A DNA stretch of 63,888 nt, the filler included, from Octopus bimaculoides (lineage: Eukaryota): assembly GCF_001194135.2 (NCBI RefSeq). It is 5 parts of 5 records of this genome, joined end to end, with 100 filler letters (N's around TTAATTAATTAA, not from the genome) between each part and the next. Parts side by side here need not be neighbours in the genome. Positions count along the whole stretch, not along the records: positions 14,220 to 36,319 come from NC_069002.1; 4 more parts are not named here. One strand, written 5' to 3'. The translations under genes and the position numbers were made by a program. The notes under the pieces are model-generated. The model was given only the letters and a program-made list of their open reading frames with translations. It was not told where the DNA came from and searched no databases. Shown piece by piece: positions 14,120-28,139 of the stretch (the first letter of the stretch is position 1; the number at the start of each line of letters is the position of its first letter).

Positions 14120-14219
14120 NNNNNNNNNNNNNNNNNNNNNNNNNNNNNNNNNNNNNNNNNNNNTTAATTAATTAANNNNNNNNNNNNNNNNNNNNNNNNN
14201 NNNNNNNNNNNNNNNNNNN
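14120..14219. other. Artificial scaffold-joining spacer
   Basis: 44 N + TTAATTAATTAA (stop codons in all six frames) + 44 N = 100 bp. Confidence 0.95.
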
Positions 14220-14613
14220 ATATATACCTATGTACGGGATGTGGATATAAATGGTCTTTTTCTTCTTCCCCTTCTTCTCATCGTTCATCGTTCTTCTAAT
14301 CATGAATAATGCTGTTAAGTGCTGATCTTGTGTTGACGTCATCATCGTCTTTGTTATTCTTGTTGTTATTGCTGTTGTCGTTGTATACATTTTTTTCTAT
14401 GCTGTTGTTTTGCCGTCTCCAACGTTATAGTTGTTGATAATGGCCTGTCTGTCAGCGCCTAACGTCCGTATGTCTAATTTTGGCTCAATGTTAATAGCTC
14501 AATCTTTTCTGGGATTCTTCGTTTTGATTCTTTTTTGTATGTTAGGATATCGATACACACACACACATATACCCACACACATCACACACAGATACAGATA
14601 TGTGTGTACTTGT

Positions 14614-14659
<46 letters not shown>

Positions 14660-14826
14660 CCTTTTGAATGCATGTATGGTTATATGTGTATGTGTGCCCG
14701 TTTATGCACATATAAAACAAAAATACGGTGTATATATATCTGTAAGTACACATGTCAACGTTTGTTGGTGCGTATGTATGTGTCTGTGTGTGTATGTATT
14801 AATGGATTGATGGGGTGAATAGAAGA

Positions 14827-14866
<40 letters not shown>

Positions 14867-15639
14867 NNNNNNNNNNNNNNNNNNNNNNNNNNNNNNNNNN
14901 NNNNNNNNNNNNNNNNNNNNNNNNNNNNNNNNNNNNNNNNNNNNNNNNNNNNNNNNNNNNNNNNNNNNNNNNNNNNNNNNNNNNNNNNNNNNNNNNNNNN
15001 NNNNNNNNNNNNNNNNNNNNNNNNNNNNNNNNNNNNNNNNNNNNNNNNNNNNNNNNNNNNNNNNNNNNNNNNNNNNNNNNNNNNNNNNNNNNNNNNNNNN
15101 NNNNNNNNNNNNNNNNNNNNNNNNNNNNNNNNNNNNNNNNNNNNNNNNNNNNNNNNNNNNNNNNNNNNNNNNNNNNNNNNNNNNNNNNNNNNNNNNNNNN
15201 NNNNNNNNNNNNNNNNNNNNNNNNNNNNNNNNNNNNNNNNNNNNNNNNNNNNNNNNNNNNNNNNNNNNNNNNNNNNNNNNNNNNNNNNNNNNNNNNNNNN
15301 NNNNNNNNNNNNNNNNNNNNNNNNNNNNNNNNNNNNNNNNNNNNNNNNNNNNNNNNNNNNNNNNNNNNNNNNNNNNNNNNNNNNNNNNNNNNNNNNNNNN
15401 NNNNNNNNNNNNNNNNNNNNNNNNNNNNNNNNNNNNNNNNNNNNNNNNNNNNNNNNNNNNNNNNNNNNNNNNNNNNNNNNNNNNNNNNNNNNNNNNNNNN
15501 NNNNNNNNNNNNNNNNNNNNNNNNNNNNNNNNNNNNNNNNNNNNNNNNNNNNNNNNNNNNNAAACACACACACACACACGCACGCACACACACACACATA
15601 CACACACACACGTATATATATTCTCTTATTCTTTTTCTT

Positions 15640-16470
15640 GTTGGGAGTATGGTGGGGGTGGGGGGTTAGAGTCTTCGGGCACCTCCTTCATATGGTTCTA
15701 TCAGAGGCAACGATCATTATACTTTCCGGTTCGATTCCCAAGCATGACCAACTCACACTCTGGATATACGCAACCCTTTCGTTCTTGGTCCACCACTAGG
15801 TTTTCATGCCGGTTAACTCAGTTCGAAGAAGCTGTCTTGCGATTCTGTCCTGTGACATTATAATCACACGTTCATAGAACCGGTGTTGTGACCTTTCAAT
15901 GCAGAGAAGTAGCAGCTCTACCTGGAGAGACACCCTGATTTCTGAGCTTCGCACCCTGTCGTCTAACGTTACTATCTATGAATTCTATCTATCCATCCAT
16001 CCATCCAACCATCCATCCACCCAACCAGCCAGCCAGCCAGCCAGCCGGTCAGCCAGCTATTCCTAGGAGGATCGTCCTGGGGGTAGAGTCCTCAGGCACC
16101 TCCTCCATAGCGTCCTACAGAAGCAACTGTCAGTACACTTTCCAGCTGGATTCCCAAGGATGACCTACTAATACTATGGATATTCTCCAACGATCTCGCT
16201 CTTGATCGGCCCCCAACTCTCCTGCTGATTTTCTCGGCTTGAAGGATCTCGTTTGCGATCGTTTCCTATAGCATTCTACTCACATGTCCGTAGTACCATA
16301 ACTATGACCTTCTAATGCTGAGATTTCTTGATCTCCGAGTGAGGCATTCTGTAACTTTACTCCGGCGACCCTTTGAAGAAATCTTACTTCGACCGCTTGT
16401 ATTCGCCATCGTATCCTTTCGGCCATTACCCAACATTTACAACCAAAGGTGAGGATAGGCACAAAAAGTG
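15640..16470 (-). mobile_element. Decayed RTE-clade LINE 3' region
   Basis: PILTFGCKCWVMAERIRWRIQAVEVRFLQRVAGVK, followed by RTE-type C-terminal remnants. Confidence 0.75.
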
Positions 16471-16715
16471 AATTGAAGATAGCGAATTTGGCTTTGATTT
16501 AAAAGCATAGGAAAGAAAAGAAAAATATAGCTGTGATAAGAAAAAGTATGATATTTGTGAAGTCATGACAACACTACAATATTTTTATTTGTCTTAAACA
16601 TATCTTACTAATATTTGTTATGTCTAGCTGAAGGTTGCAAGTCATAGTTTTGGAGTTTAAAACCAAAAATATCATGGAACAATGTTTAGTAAGAAACAAG
16701 CATTCAATGAAAATA

Positions 16716-16726
16716 TTAGATCTATC

Positions 16727-16788
<62 letters not shown>

Positions 16789-16900
16789 ACGATCTATCTA
16801 TCTAGCTATCTATCTACTTATCTATTTAATTGGGGTTTTTTATCTATCCATATTACCTATCAATCTATTTATCTATCTATCGGTCTATCTATCTTTTCGA
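16716..16900. repeat. (ATCT)n microsatellite
   Basis: Long tetranucleotide run. (GATA)n also occurs at 18552-18622 and 47622-47645. Confidence 0.95.
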
Positions 16901-16943
16901 TCCATCTATTGAACACGCACCATCTCTCATTCTTTCTCTCTTG

Positions 16944-16974
<31 letters not shown>

Positions 16975-17086
16975 TATGTGTGTGTGTATGTGTGTATGTG
17001 TGTTTATATATATATATACATGCACATGCACACACATACATACACATACATGCACATAAATATACATATATACGTATGTATGCATG

Positions 17087-17120
<34 letters not shown>

Positions 17121-17318
17121 TACATTTACACACACACACACACGAACACACACATGAGAACATCAAGGTGTTTGCATGCATAATATGATTAAGTGGATTA
17201 TACTCTTTTCTTTTTTATATAAGTATATAGATATACGCTGCTCTTGGAGTTATATTTTTTTACATAAAAATATACACGCTTTTACGCATTTTTACAAAAG
17301 CATGTTTGTGCGCACGCG

Positions 17319-17359
<41 letters not shown>

Positions 17360-17488
17360 ACTTTCGTTTGAGAGAGAGAGAAATCTTATATTCTAGTTTA
17401 TTGTACTCTGAAATTCGGTAAAAATAAATACAAGACATAAAATACTTTTGATACTGGCTTTTTTTTTCCTTAACATTTTATTTCCTGC

Positions 17489-17489
<1 letters not shown>

Positions 17490-17550
<61 letters not shown>

Positions 17551-17780
17551 TTGTGTTTTTATTTGATCTTTCCATTGTTTTATGTGGCAACACTTGGAGT
17601 AGATTTACGAGTGATTTATTGCACCTCGTGTCGTAGGTTTTTACAAATTGACTGCAGCAGACGATCGCCCAAGCTTCTCCATTATATTTCTTAGTACTCC
17701 CTATTGACAGCGCATTTCTTTTTTCCACTTTTGCCGGTTTCCATTATTTCTACATGTGTTGTTCTTCGAGTTGTTACTGC

Positions 17781-17832
<52 letters not shown>
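17490..17832. repeat. (TAT)n and (TAG)n microsatellites
   Basis: Pure runs at ~17490-17548 and ~17781-17832. Confidence 0.95.
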
Positions 17833-18542
17833 ATGGTATTTCTCTAAAATGTCGGCATGTTTTGTTTTTGTTTCTTTCCTTTTTCAGTTTTATGCATGTA
17901 CGTACACAAGTTCTTCAAAAATGATGAATTGAAGCAGTGTATGGAAATAAACGGCTTGAATCGTAAAAGAAGACTTTGTCTCTAAGTCTACGTACACATA
18001 CACACGCACACACACACACACACATACACACACACACACACATACATACACACACACACGCACGCACGCACGCACGGACACACACATTCATAATGGGAAT
18101 GAGAGAAATAACTGCAATCTATCTGTTTCTGTTTTGTCTTCCGCTGTCTCTAGGTACTGCACACAAATAGACATGTAGGTAAGCATATATATTCGTGTGT
18201 GCGTGTGTGTGTGTGTAAATGAAAAAGCATTAAATACTATAAAATGTATACGTAGGACAGACATAGAAGGATCGTAATTCTTCATCAGTTACCGACCGAA
18301 AAAACTAATACTCAGTTTCGTGCCTTTAACGATAAGACTGAGAACTTCGTATATCGCCGGCACCCGCAAGATTTGCGTGGAATTAGGGCTCGAGCAAACA
18401 AAAGACAATACAGGGTGGACGTACGAAAGTAAACAAAATTAGAAACGATAAACGAAGACAATAAGTAATGGCTTTCGGTCAAGCACGAGAATGATGGGAG
18501 AGAGGAAGTAGGGATGCTAAAAAAGGCATATTAGGACGAGAG

Positions 18543-18624
<82 letters not shown>

Positions 18625-19558
18625 GTTGTTGTGTCTGAGGAGTGTCATTCTCTTTTAGTGCCTTACAATTTAACACACACACCGGTAAAATTTCCACTTA
18701 TTTCTTTTTTATTTTCCTAAAATTTTTGTTGCGTTTTGCAACCTTTTCAGTAGTTTTGATTCTATTGAAAAGGTNNNNNNNNNNNNNNNNNNNNNNNNNN
18801 NNNNNNNNNNNNNNNNNNNNNNNNNNNNNNNNNNNNNNNNNNNNNNNNNNNNNNNNNNNNNNNNNNNNNNNNNNNNNNNNNNNNNNNNNNNNNNNNNNNN
18901 NNNNNNNNNNNNNNNNNNNNNNNNNNNNNNNNNNNNNNNNNNNNNNNNNNNNNNNNNNNNNNNNNNNNNNNNNNNNNNNNNNNNNNNNNNNNNNNNNNNN
19001 NNNNNNNNNNNNNNNNNNNNNNNNNNNNNNNNNNNNNNNNNNNNNNNNNNNNNNNNNNNNNNNNNNNNNNNNNNNNNNNNNNNNNNNNNNNNNNNNNNNN
19101 NNNNNNNNNNNNNNNNNNNNNNNNNNNNNNNNNNNNNNNNNNNNNNNNNNNNNNNNNNNNNNNNNNNNNNNNNNNNNNNNNNNNNNNNNNNNNNNNNNNN
19201 NNNNNNNNNNNNNNNNNNNNNNNNNNNNNNNNNNNNNNNNNNNNNNNNNNNNNNNNNNNNNNNNNNNNNNNNNNNNNNNNNNNNNNNNNNNNNNNNNNNN
19301 NNNNNNNNNNNNNNNNNNNNNNNNNNNNNNNNNNNNNNNNNNNNNNNNNNNNNNNNNNNNNNNNNNNNNNNNNNNNNNNNNNNNNNNNNNNNNNNNNNNN
19401 NNNNNNNNNNNNNNNNNNNNNNNNNNNNNNNNNNNNNNNNNNNNNNNNNNNNNNNNNNNNNNNNNNNNNNNNNNNNNNNNNNNNNNNNNNNNNNNNNNNN
19501 NNNNNNNNNNNNNNNNNNNNNNNNNNNNNNNNNNNNNNNNNNNNNNNNNNNNNNNNNN

Positions 19559-19607
<49 letters not shown>

Positions 19608-19639
19608 ATATATATACGTGAGTCATCTGAGAATCGATA

Positions 19640-19990
19640 AACCAAGGAAAAGTTGCTCTCGTATATCTGTCCATAGAGTGGATATATTATTCGAAATGTA
19701 TAGTATAATAAATCCATCACAGCTGATCTTACCAATCGGTTTTGCATAAAGAATACAATGGAGTGTTAGGTAATAATCCGATTATATAAACTTACGCTCA
19801 TCAGATTTAGCCGATATGGAAGGGAATATGGCGACTGCTCTCTATTGTCGAAGATATATTGACACATCCGGTTTGCGGTTGCTGTGAAAAAGATAGTGGC
19901 CTCTACAGAGATGACGCTCTGGTATTATCAAGAGGGGCGAACGGCCTAACGTTGGATAGGCTCAGAAAGCAACTATCACCGGCGTTCTTG
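19640..19990 (+). mobile_element. Penelope-like element RT fragment (YRDD type), decayed
   Basis: From 19892 translates DSGLYRDDALVLSRGANGLTLDRLRKQLS. GLYRDD is the catalytic motif of one group of Penelope-like RTs. Confidence 0.7.
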
Positions 19991-20162
19991 TGTTTTTAGA
20001 AAACATTCTCTGCAGAGAACGGTTATCGTTTAGAGAAACTGAAGATATGTCTAGTTCACGCTAGATATGAAGCCAATGGTATTTCTCTAAAACTGTTACT
20101 TTATACATTCAAAAATAAGCAACTGCTCTATTTTTTACTTTTGAACTTATAACGAAGATGTG

Positions 20163-20233
<71 letters not shown>

Positions 20234-21443
20234 ATACTGGCATACTTTTTCTACCTTGCAATAGAACTTCTCATAGCCACCAATATGAACTTTCTCACTC
20301 ATAACGCCTGTATGTTCTGAAAATGTAACTTCCCCAAATAAAGTGCACTTCATATTCAATGCTCTGATGAAGCAACAGGATGTTATCCTCGTACTCACCT
20401 CAAAGTCCACAATATCTTATAGCGAAAACAGGTGTAAGCTAATGAAGATCATTGGTTCTTCCGCTGTCATCTTGTTTCTGTTACCATGCTATACTCATAT
20501 AACATCGTGTTCTGGACCATACACAAAGTTCTACACCAGATTATTAGTCTCGCTATATCTAAACTAATTATCAGCAGATATATATATAAATATATGCATA
20601 TGCATGTATGTATGTATGTATGTATGTATGTATGTATGTATGTATTCAAATAGTGTGCGTATACTTGTGTATATGTGCATGTATATATACACACAGACAC
20701 GCATATATGTGCATGTATGATATACACACAGACACACACAACACACACACATGTGAATATATGTGTGTGAGGGTGCGCACGCGCGTGCGTGTGTGTGTGT
20801 GTGTGTATTTTGATTCTCATATGTATGTGTGCATTCATGTGTGTGTGTGTGTGTGTGTGTGTTTATACGCGTGTCAGTTGAAAGTGCCAGACGGGCGAAA
20901 CAGTGAGATCCATACATTTACGATCAGAAATATTCTCCAATTTATTGATTTCATTTAATTAAATACACGCTTCATTTATTTTATTATTAAATACGACTGC
21001 TTCCACTGCAAGGTTATCCCCTTGGCTGTCTTCTCTTAATCTAAATTTTATTCCAATGCACAAAAATGGTCATTTTTGCAGAGAAATATCTCACCTAATT
21101 CTTTGTTCTTCCGATTAGAGCGGGAGTTCAACAATAAGACGACCTCTTTCTATTTTTGATCTTTCTTTTGTCATTAGTCTTCTTTGTCGTTAGTCTTAAT
21201 GGAGTTGGTAATGACAGACGCGCTGTTGTATCATTTCTCCTTTATTTTTTACCTTTTATTTGTTTTAGTCATTGAACTGAGGCCATGCTAGAGCACTATC
21301 TTGAAGGGATGTGTTTTCGTTTTTGTCGAAAAATTCGACCCCAATACTAATACTCTTTTAAGCCTGGCATTGTACTTATTCTATCTATACACACACAGAT
21401 GTATAATGGGGGAGGGTATATTGAATATGTTTTTAAGGCAGTG

Positions 21444-21497
<54 letters not shown>

Positions 21498-22257
21498 NNN
21501 NNNNNNNNNNNNNNNNNNNNNNNNNNNNNNNNNNNNNNNNNNNNNNNNNNNNNNNNNNNNNNNNNNNNNNNNNNNNNNNNNNNNNNNNNNNNNNNNNNNN
21601 NNNNNNNNNNNNNNNNNNNNNNNNNNNNNNNNNNNNNNNNNNNNNNNNNNNNNNNNNNNNNNNNNNNNNNNNNNNNNNNNNNNNNNNNNNNNNNNNNNNN
21701 NNNNNNNNNNNNNNNNNNNNNNNNNNNNNNNNNNNNNNNNNNNNNNNNNNNNNNNNNNNNNNNNNNNNNNNNNNNNNNNNNNNNNNNNNNNNNNNNNNNN
21801 NNNNNNNNNNNNNNNNNNNNNNNNNNNNNNNNNNNNNNNNNNNNNNNNNNNNNNNNNNNNNNNNNNNNNNNNNNNNNNNNNNNNNNNNNNNNNNNNNNNN
21901 NNNNNNNNNNNNNNNNNNNNNNNNNNNACCACCATCTGCTGCTAGTCTGCGTCACTATTGCTCGTTATCTTTCAACATTTTTTTTTTTCTTTTGCTGGCT
22001 CTAGTAGAAAGGGCACCGCTCATAACCTTTCCAGGCCCTCTTACACCAGTGAGTTTGGGGGCCCTTATGTTCCTCTTGAACTTATGTAATTTAACATTTT
22101 TGAGAAAAATGTAAGCAGATGGGGTATTTCAGAGGGGCAGCTTTCTGGGAAAGGAAGGATTGGGTGTATGGGAATGGGAGCGTTTTGGCATAGCTGTTTT
22201 GGCGCAGCCTATATGGCGTCGCTGATTCGACGTGGACTTATTTGACATCAGCCGTTG

Positions 22258-22360
22258 TATATATGTGAGTTAGTTGGAAAAAAACCTGGAGTTGAATGGG
22301 GAAGAGAATCGTCTTTGTTATTTAGCTCCAGAGGTTTTTCAACTAACTCGCATATGTATA
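22258..22360. mobile_element. Small hairpin/MITE-like element
   Basis: Arms tatatatgtgagttagttggaaaaaaacctggag (22258-22291) and ctccagaggtttttcaactaactcgcatatgtata (22326-22360) are inverted repeats with TA-rich ends. Confidence 0.55.
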
Positions 22361-22873
22361 AAAAAAAACACAAATTTTCTGTAAAGATATCGTTGCTGAT
22401 GAATATTCAAAGCGAGATACAAGCGCTTAATAAATAGTTATCTAAAATTGTGACTAACGCCTTCTCTTAATACACACGCGCGCGTACACACACACGCATA
22501 CATCCATACATCCATCCATCCATACATACATACATACATACATACGTGCATACCTACATACATACATACACACACAAACACTCACACACACACACAGGTA
22601 AATGTTGGTGTGTGTAGATATGCACGTGTTTGTGCTCTGCCAATATAAATAAAATATATTTCTTGCAAAAATTTTAACTGAGGTCGAAACCCAGGTGCAT
22701 CGTTCAAATTACTCAATAACTCACAATAGATGCTTAATTATAATAAATTAATTGAGAAAAGAAAAATGAACAAAATAAATTCCACATTTTTTTCATTACA
22801 CTTTTATGTATCAATAACTTATCAAAAACGTGTCAATAACTGATCAGTAATGTATCGATAGTATATTCTTCAT

Positions 22874-23758
22874 ATAGAATGGTATCAAAACGTTCCCGGG
22901 ATAGTTATGTTTAATAAAAGAAAAATAACTCATTTACCTAAATTTTAACATCATCTCCCTCCAAATAATCACCTTGCGCAGCACTACACCAGTTCCAGTG
23001 TTCCTGCCACCTTTGGAATCCGGCCTGGAAGTCGTTTTCTGCGATTCGTGCTTAGTTTCTGCGATTTGTTCTGGATCTCGTCAACGGTGTTGCTGCATTT
23101 TCATTTTAGGGAAGAGCTGGAAGTTCACAGGTGCTAAATCTGGCGAATAGGACAGGTGCAGAAGTGATGCTATGTCGTTTTGGGCAAGAAACTCACGAGT
23201 GAGGAGTCTCGGTGACAGGGTGCATTGTTGTTGTTGTGTATAATCCAATTCTTCGCGTTCCACAGATGCGGTCGCTTTCACCGAATGTCCGCCCTCAAAC
23301 GCTTCGAAACGTCGCTGATTGTTCTCTGATGATCTTCATGCACAAGCTGAAGAATTTACCCCACATTTCTGGGGGGTAACGTTCGTGGCAGGTTTTCCAG
23401 ACCGCTCATCGTCATCATCCGTCCCACTTGAAACATTGCGTACGACCCGTTGCCTCATTGTCGTAAGTTTACCAAAAAGCATATTCAATGTCTCTGTAGC
23501 AGACTTCCCAAGTTTAATGTAAAATTCCACCTTGGCTCTTTGTTCCAGGTTTCCTGTCCATGACAAAAATCGCAGACTACAGTATACACGTGATCATAAA
23601 AGCACAAATTTGGCAACTTGCGAAGTAAATACAGTGAAAGTGACGTCACTGGGCATACTGCCTCTTGAAGGTCACTGCTTGCTCTCACTGCACACACAAC
23701 CGTGTGCTGCCATCTATTGCCGCGCTACAGAACTAGTCCGGGAACTTTTTGATACTAT
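22874..23758 (-). mobile_element. Internally deleted mariner transposon
   Basis: TIRs tatcaaaacgttcccgggatagtt / aactagtccgggaactttttgata. Remnants EQRAKVEFYIKLGKSATETLNML (HTH) and HLSYSPDLAPVNFQLFPKMK. Confidence 0.9.
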
Positions 23759-24302
23759 TTCATATATCTACATTTTGTTCAAAGTTTATATATAGTTGTC
23801 TGGGGAAGAGTCATTCAATTTTTAGTGCCTTTCTCCCCAGATACAATAAAATATGCTTCAACACACGAATTCACATTAAAAAAATCTTGCAAACCAAATA
23901 CAAAAACGAAATTATGTGTAGTTGTTTGAAAGGAAAACTTATCCTACCCGAGTTTGAAACGATAAAGATTCTTTAAGAATGTTATATTGGTAAATGCCGC
24001 AGCCAGGAACGTGTCTTCGAAGTTGCCCATTCGCGAATGCATTATAATAGCATAGCAGACCAGTAAAACGAAGATGACCAAAAGCCTTGTCCTGTTGACT
24101 TTGTTTACGACCATCTTTTTTTGCGTTTTTGTTTGTTTTTGCTTTTGTCTTTAAGCTTTCGTCTTTTGACATTGATGTCTTCAGCTTCTATTGCTGCTGC
24201 TGCATTACCTTATTATTGATCATTTGGTTGTTTTTGTGTGCATGCGTTTGTATGTGTGTATGTGTGTGTGTGAGGGAGAGAGAGAGAAAGAGAGAGAGAG
24301 AA

Positions 24303-24333
<31 letters not shown>

Positions 24334-24342
24334 AAGAGAGAA

Positions 24343-24373
<31 letters not shown>

Positions 24374-24764
24374 AAAAAAGAGAGAGAGAGAGAATGAGAG
24401 AGAGAGAGAGGTGAGGTACAATAAAACTTGTTAANNNNNNNNNNNNNNNNNNNNNNNNNNNNNNNNNNNNNNNNNNNNNNNNNNNNNNNNNNNNNNNNNN
24501 NNNNNNNNNNNNNNNNNNNNNNNNNNNNNNNNNNNNNNNNNNNNNNNNNNNNNNNNNNNNNNNNNNNNNNNNNNNNNNNNNNNNNNNNNNNNNNNNNNNN
24601 NNNNNNNNNNNNNNNNNNNNNNNNNNNNNNNNNNNNNNNNNNNNNNNNNNNNNNNNNNNNNNNNNNNNNNNNNNNNNNNNNNNNNCACACACAGGCACAC
24701 ATCACGCAGGCATATTCGCACACACACGCACACGCACGCACACACATACACACACATACACGCG

Positions 24765-24795
<31 letters not shown>

Positions 24796-25249
24796 AAGAG
24801 TAAATAGAAAATTAACATATATCTGCTCTCATTGTCTCGTCTTAGCAACAGCTGTGATTTCTAACACGAAACATACATACATACATACATACATACATAC
24901 ATACATACATAATACATAATATATACATACATACATACATACATAAATACATACATACATACATACATACATACAAAACAAACATACAAATCTGCGCATA
25001 CACTAACACCAAATACTGCACACACACACATATGCACAAATACCTGGATGATGTTGATAAAAGTTCCAATGAAGGAGCCTTGAATCTATGTTAGAGTCTG
25101 GCTCTTTCTCTATGGACAAGAAATAGAGAAATGAAACTGATTGATATACATACATACATACATATATACATACATACAATCATACATACATACATACATA
25201 CATACATACATACATACATACATACATACATACATACATACATACATAG

Positions 25250-25497
25250 GTACTGGGAATAAAGATAGAATAACCAAATGATATTGGACGAGACTAAGAA
25301 AAATATGGCGGTCTGAACTTCCCCTGTAAAAAAGCAATATCCCACAATGCATTTGCAGTACCAGTGCTGATTCCAACATTTGGAATATTTGACTGGTGTA
25401 CAGAAAAAATCCATTCCAAAGACATTAAAACCTTCTTCAAATGGAACTCTCATCAAAAATAATGACAAGCTCTACCTAAAAAGAGATAAAGGGGATA
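25250..25497 (+). mobile_element. R4/Dong-like element internal fragment (post-RT region)
   Basis: Frameshifted RLRKIWRSEL...HNAFAVPVLIPTFGIFDW...DIKT...NNDKLYLKRDKG, resembling the RLYxPRxxGGRG region of RLE elements. Confidence 0.65.
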
Positions 25498-25656
25498 NNN
25501 NNNNNNNNNNNNNNNNNNNNNNNNNNNNNNNNNNNNNNNNNNNNNNNNNNNNNNNNNNNNNNNNNNNNNNNNNNNNNNNNNNNNNNNNNNNNNNNNNNNN
25601 NNNNNNNNNNNNNNNNNNNNNNNNNNNNNNNNNNNNNNNNNNNNNNNNNNNNNNNN

Positions 25657-26034
25657 NTGTTGGCACTCCGTCGCTTACGACGTCGAGGGTTCCAGTTGAT
25701 CCGATCAACGAACAGCCTGCTCGTGAAATTAACATGCAAGTGGCTGAGCACTCCACAGACACGTTTACCCTTAACGTAGTTCTCGGGATATTCAGCGTGA
25801 CACAGTGTGACAAGGCTGACCCTTTGAATTACAGGCACAACAGAAACAGGAAGAAAGAGTGAAAGTTGTGGTGGAAGAGTACAGCAGGGTTCACCACCAC
25901 TACCCCCTGCCGGAGCCTCGTAGAGCTTTAGGTGTTTTCGCTCAATAAACACTCACAATGACCGGTCTGAGAATCGAAACCGCGATCCTATGACCGCGAG
26001 TCCGCTGCCCTAACCACTGGGCCATTGCGCCTCC
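25657..26034 (-). mobile_element. tRNA-derived SINE family D, full length
   Basis: Head ggaggcgcaatggcccagtggttagggcagcggac with A-box and B-box. The 3' end carries hairpins gttcgttgatcggatcaactggaac and cgtcgtaagcgacg. Near-identical to 31836-32300. Confidence 0.9.
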
Positions 26035-26161
26035 ACAGGAATTGGAATAGAGTTGAACAATTATTGAATCTAAGGGAGAGAACTGTTGCATTTATATTTG
26101 TGAGATTACGTCCCCTGACTAAAAAACAAAATTCACCGTCGCTCTTCTCATGCATTCAGAC

Positions 26162-26213
<52 letters not shown>

Positions 26214-26365
26214 ACACATACACACATGGCATCTACATAGATATAGACGCTCGAGTACATGCGAGCACACACGTACACGCGCATACACATACACGTACAC
26301 GCACATAAGCACTCATTCATAGTGATGCAGATGAACACGCATGCATTACACGCGCACGAGCGCGT

Positions 26366-26396
<31 letters not shown>

Positions 26397-26459
26397 AACA
26401 CACACTCATACACACACGGGTACGTATGCTCTCATGCATACACATTCACAAATGTAAAA

Positions 26460-26720
26460 GGCGGAGAGCTGGCAGAAACGTTAGCACGCCGGGCGAAATG
26501 CTTAGCGGTATTTCGTTTGCCGCTACGTTCTGAGTTCAAATTCCGCCGAGGTCGACTTTGCCTTTCATCCTTTCGGGGTCGATTAAATAAGTACCAGTTT
26601 ACGCACTGGGGTCGATATAATCGACTTAATTCGTTTGTCTGTCCTTGTTTGTCTGTCCTTGTTTGTCTGTCCTTGTTTGTCCCCTCTGTGTGTAGCCCCT
26701 TGTGGTCAGTAAAGAAATAA
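26460..26720 (+). mobile_element. SINE family A (tail variant b), intact, with 17-bp TSD
   Basis: A-box tggcagaaacg, B-box gttcaaattcc. TSD acacattcacaaatgta at 26440-26456 and 26720-26736. CpGs retained. Confidence 0.9.
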
Positions 26721-26796
26721 CACATTCACAAATGTACCTATTCTATATCTATATGTGTATGTGTGTGTGTGTGTGTGCGTGTGTGTGTGTGATTGA

Positions 26797-26945
26797 AGGT
26801 TCGTGGCTTAGTGGTTAAGGGTATTCGACTAACGATCGTAAGACTGAGTGTTCGATCCCCGGCGGCGCGTTGTGGTCTTCAGCAAGACGCTTTATTTCAC
26901 GTCGGTCCAGTTCACTCACCTGGCAACAATGAGTTCTACCTGTAT
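26797..26945 (+). mobile_element. SINE family B, 5' half
   Basis: tggcttagtggttaag...gttcgatcccc...ttgtggtcttcagcaagacgctttatttcacg. Confidence 0.75.
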
Positions 26946-27285
26946 TTCAGGTCTTAATTTTCGTCCTGCAAGAAATTTTGAAATAAACGGAATAATGACA
27001 CACACACATACATACATGCATATACACATATACGTAAGTACATACATTCATACATACTTACATATTTGCATACATATACACATACATACATGCATATACA
27101 AACACGCATACATACATACATGCATACATACATACATGCATACATACGTACATACGTACGTACGTACGTACGTACACAGACATATTTGTATGTATTCCGT
27201 CGAATATATCTTAACATATATATATGTTCTTTCACACACGCGCGCTTAAACATATACTCAATGACGCACAGACACACACACACTT

Positions 27286-27320
<35 letters not shown>

Positions 27321-27388
27321 CACACAAACGCATACTTTTTCTCCTTCTCTATCTCTATCTCTCTCACACACACACCCACAAACGTACA

Positions 27389-27421
<33 letters not shown>

Positions 27422-28139
27422 GCACACACACACACACACACACGCACACACGCACACACAAATACACACTTTCTTCCTTTATATCTTTTTCTGTCTCTTG
27501 CACATACACACACACATGCTCACACGCTCTCACGCTCAAACAAAAACACACACAAACACACATGCACACAGAATTTGGCGCACTCACGGGCAAGCCATTG
27601 TTACAGTAGTTTTAACACAACACAGTGTCTCTAAGTTTGTCTATAAATTATNNNNNNNNNNNNNNNNNNNNNNNNNNNNNNNNNNNNNNNNNNNNNNNNN
27701 NNNNNNNNNNNNNNNNNNNNNNNNNNNNNNNNNNNNNNNNNNNNNNNNNNNNNNNNNNNNNNNNNNNNNNNNNNNNNNNNNNNNNNNNNNNNNNNNNNNN
27801 NNNNNNNNNNNNNNNNNNNNNNNNNNNNNNNNNNNNNNNNNNNNNNNNNNNNNNNNNNNNNNNNNNNNNNNNNNNNNNNNNNNNNNNNNNNNNNNNNNNN
27901 NNNNNNNNNNNNNNNNNNNNNNNNNNNNNNNNNNNNNNNNNNNNNNNNNNNNNNNNNNNNNNNNNNNNNNNNNNNNNNNNNNNNNNNNNNNNNNNNNNNN
28001 NNNNNNNNNNNNNNNNNNNNNNNNNNNNNNNNNNNNNNNNNNNNNNNNNNNNNNNNNNNNNNNNNNNNNNNNNNNNNNNNNNNNNNNNNNNNNNNNNNNN
28101 NNNNNNNNNNNNNNNNNNNNNATATATATATATATATAT

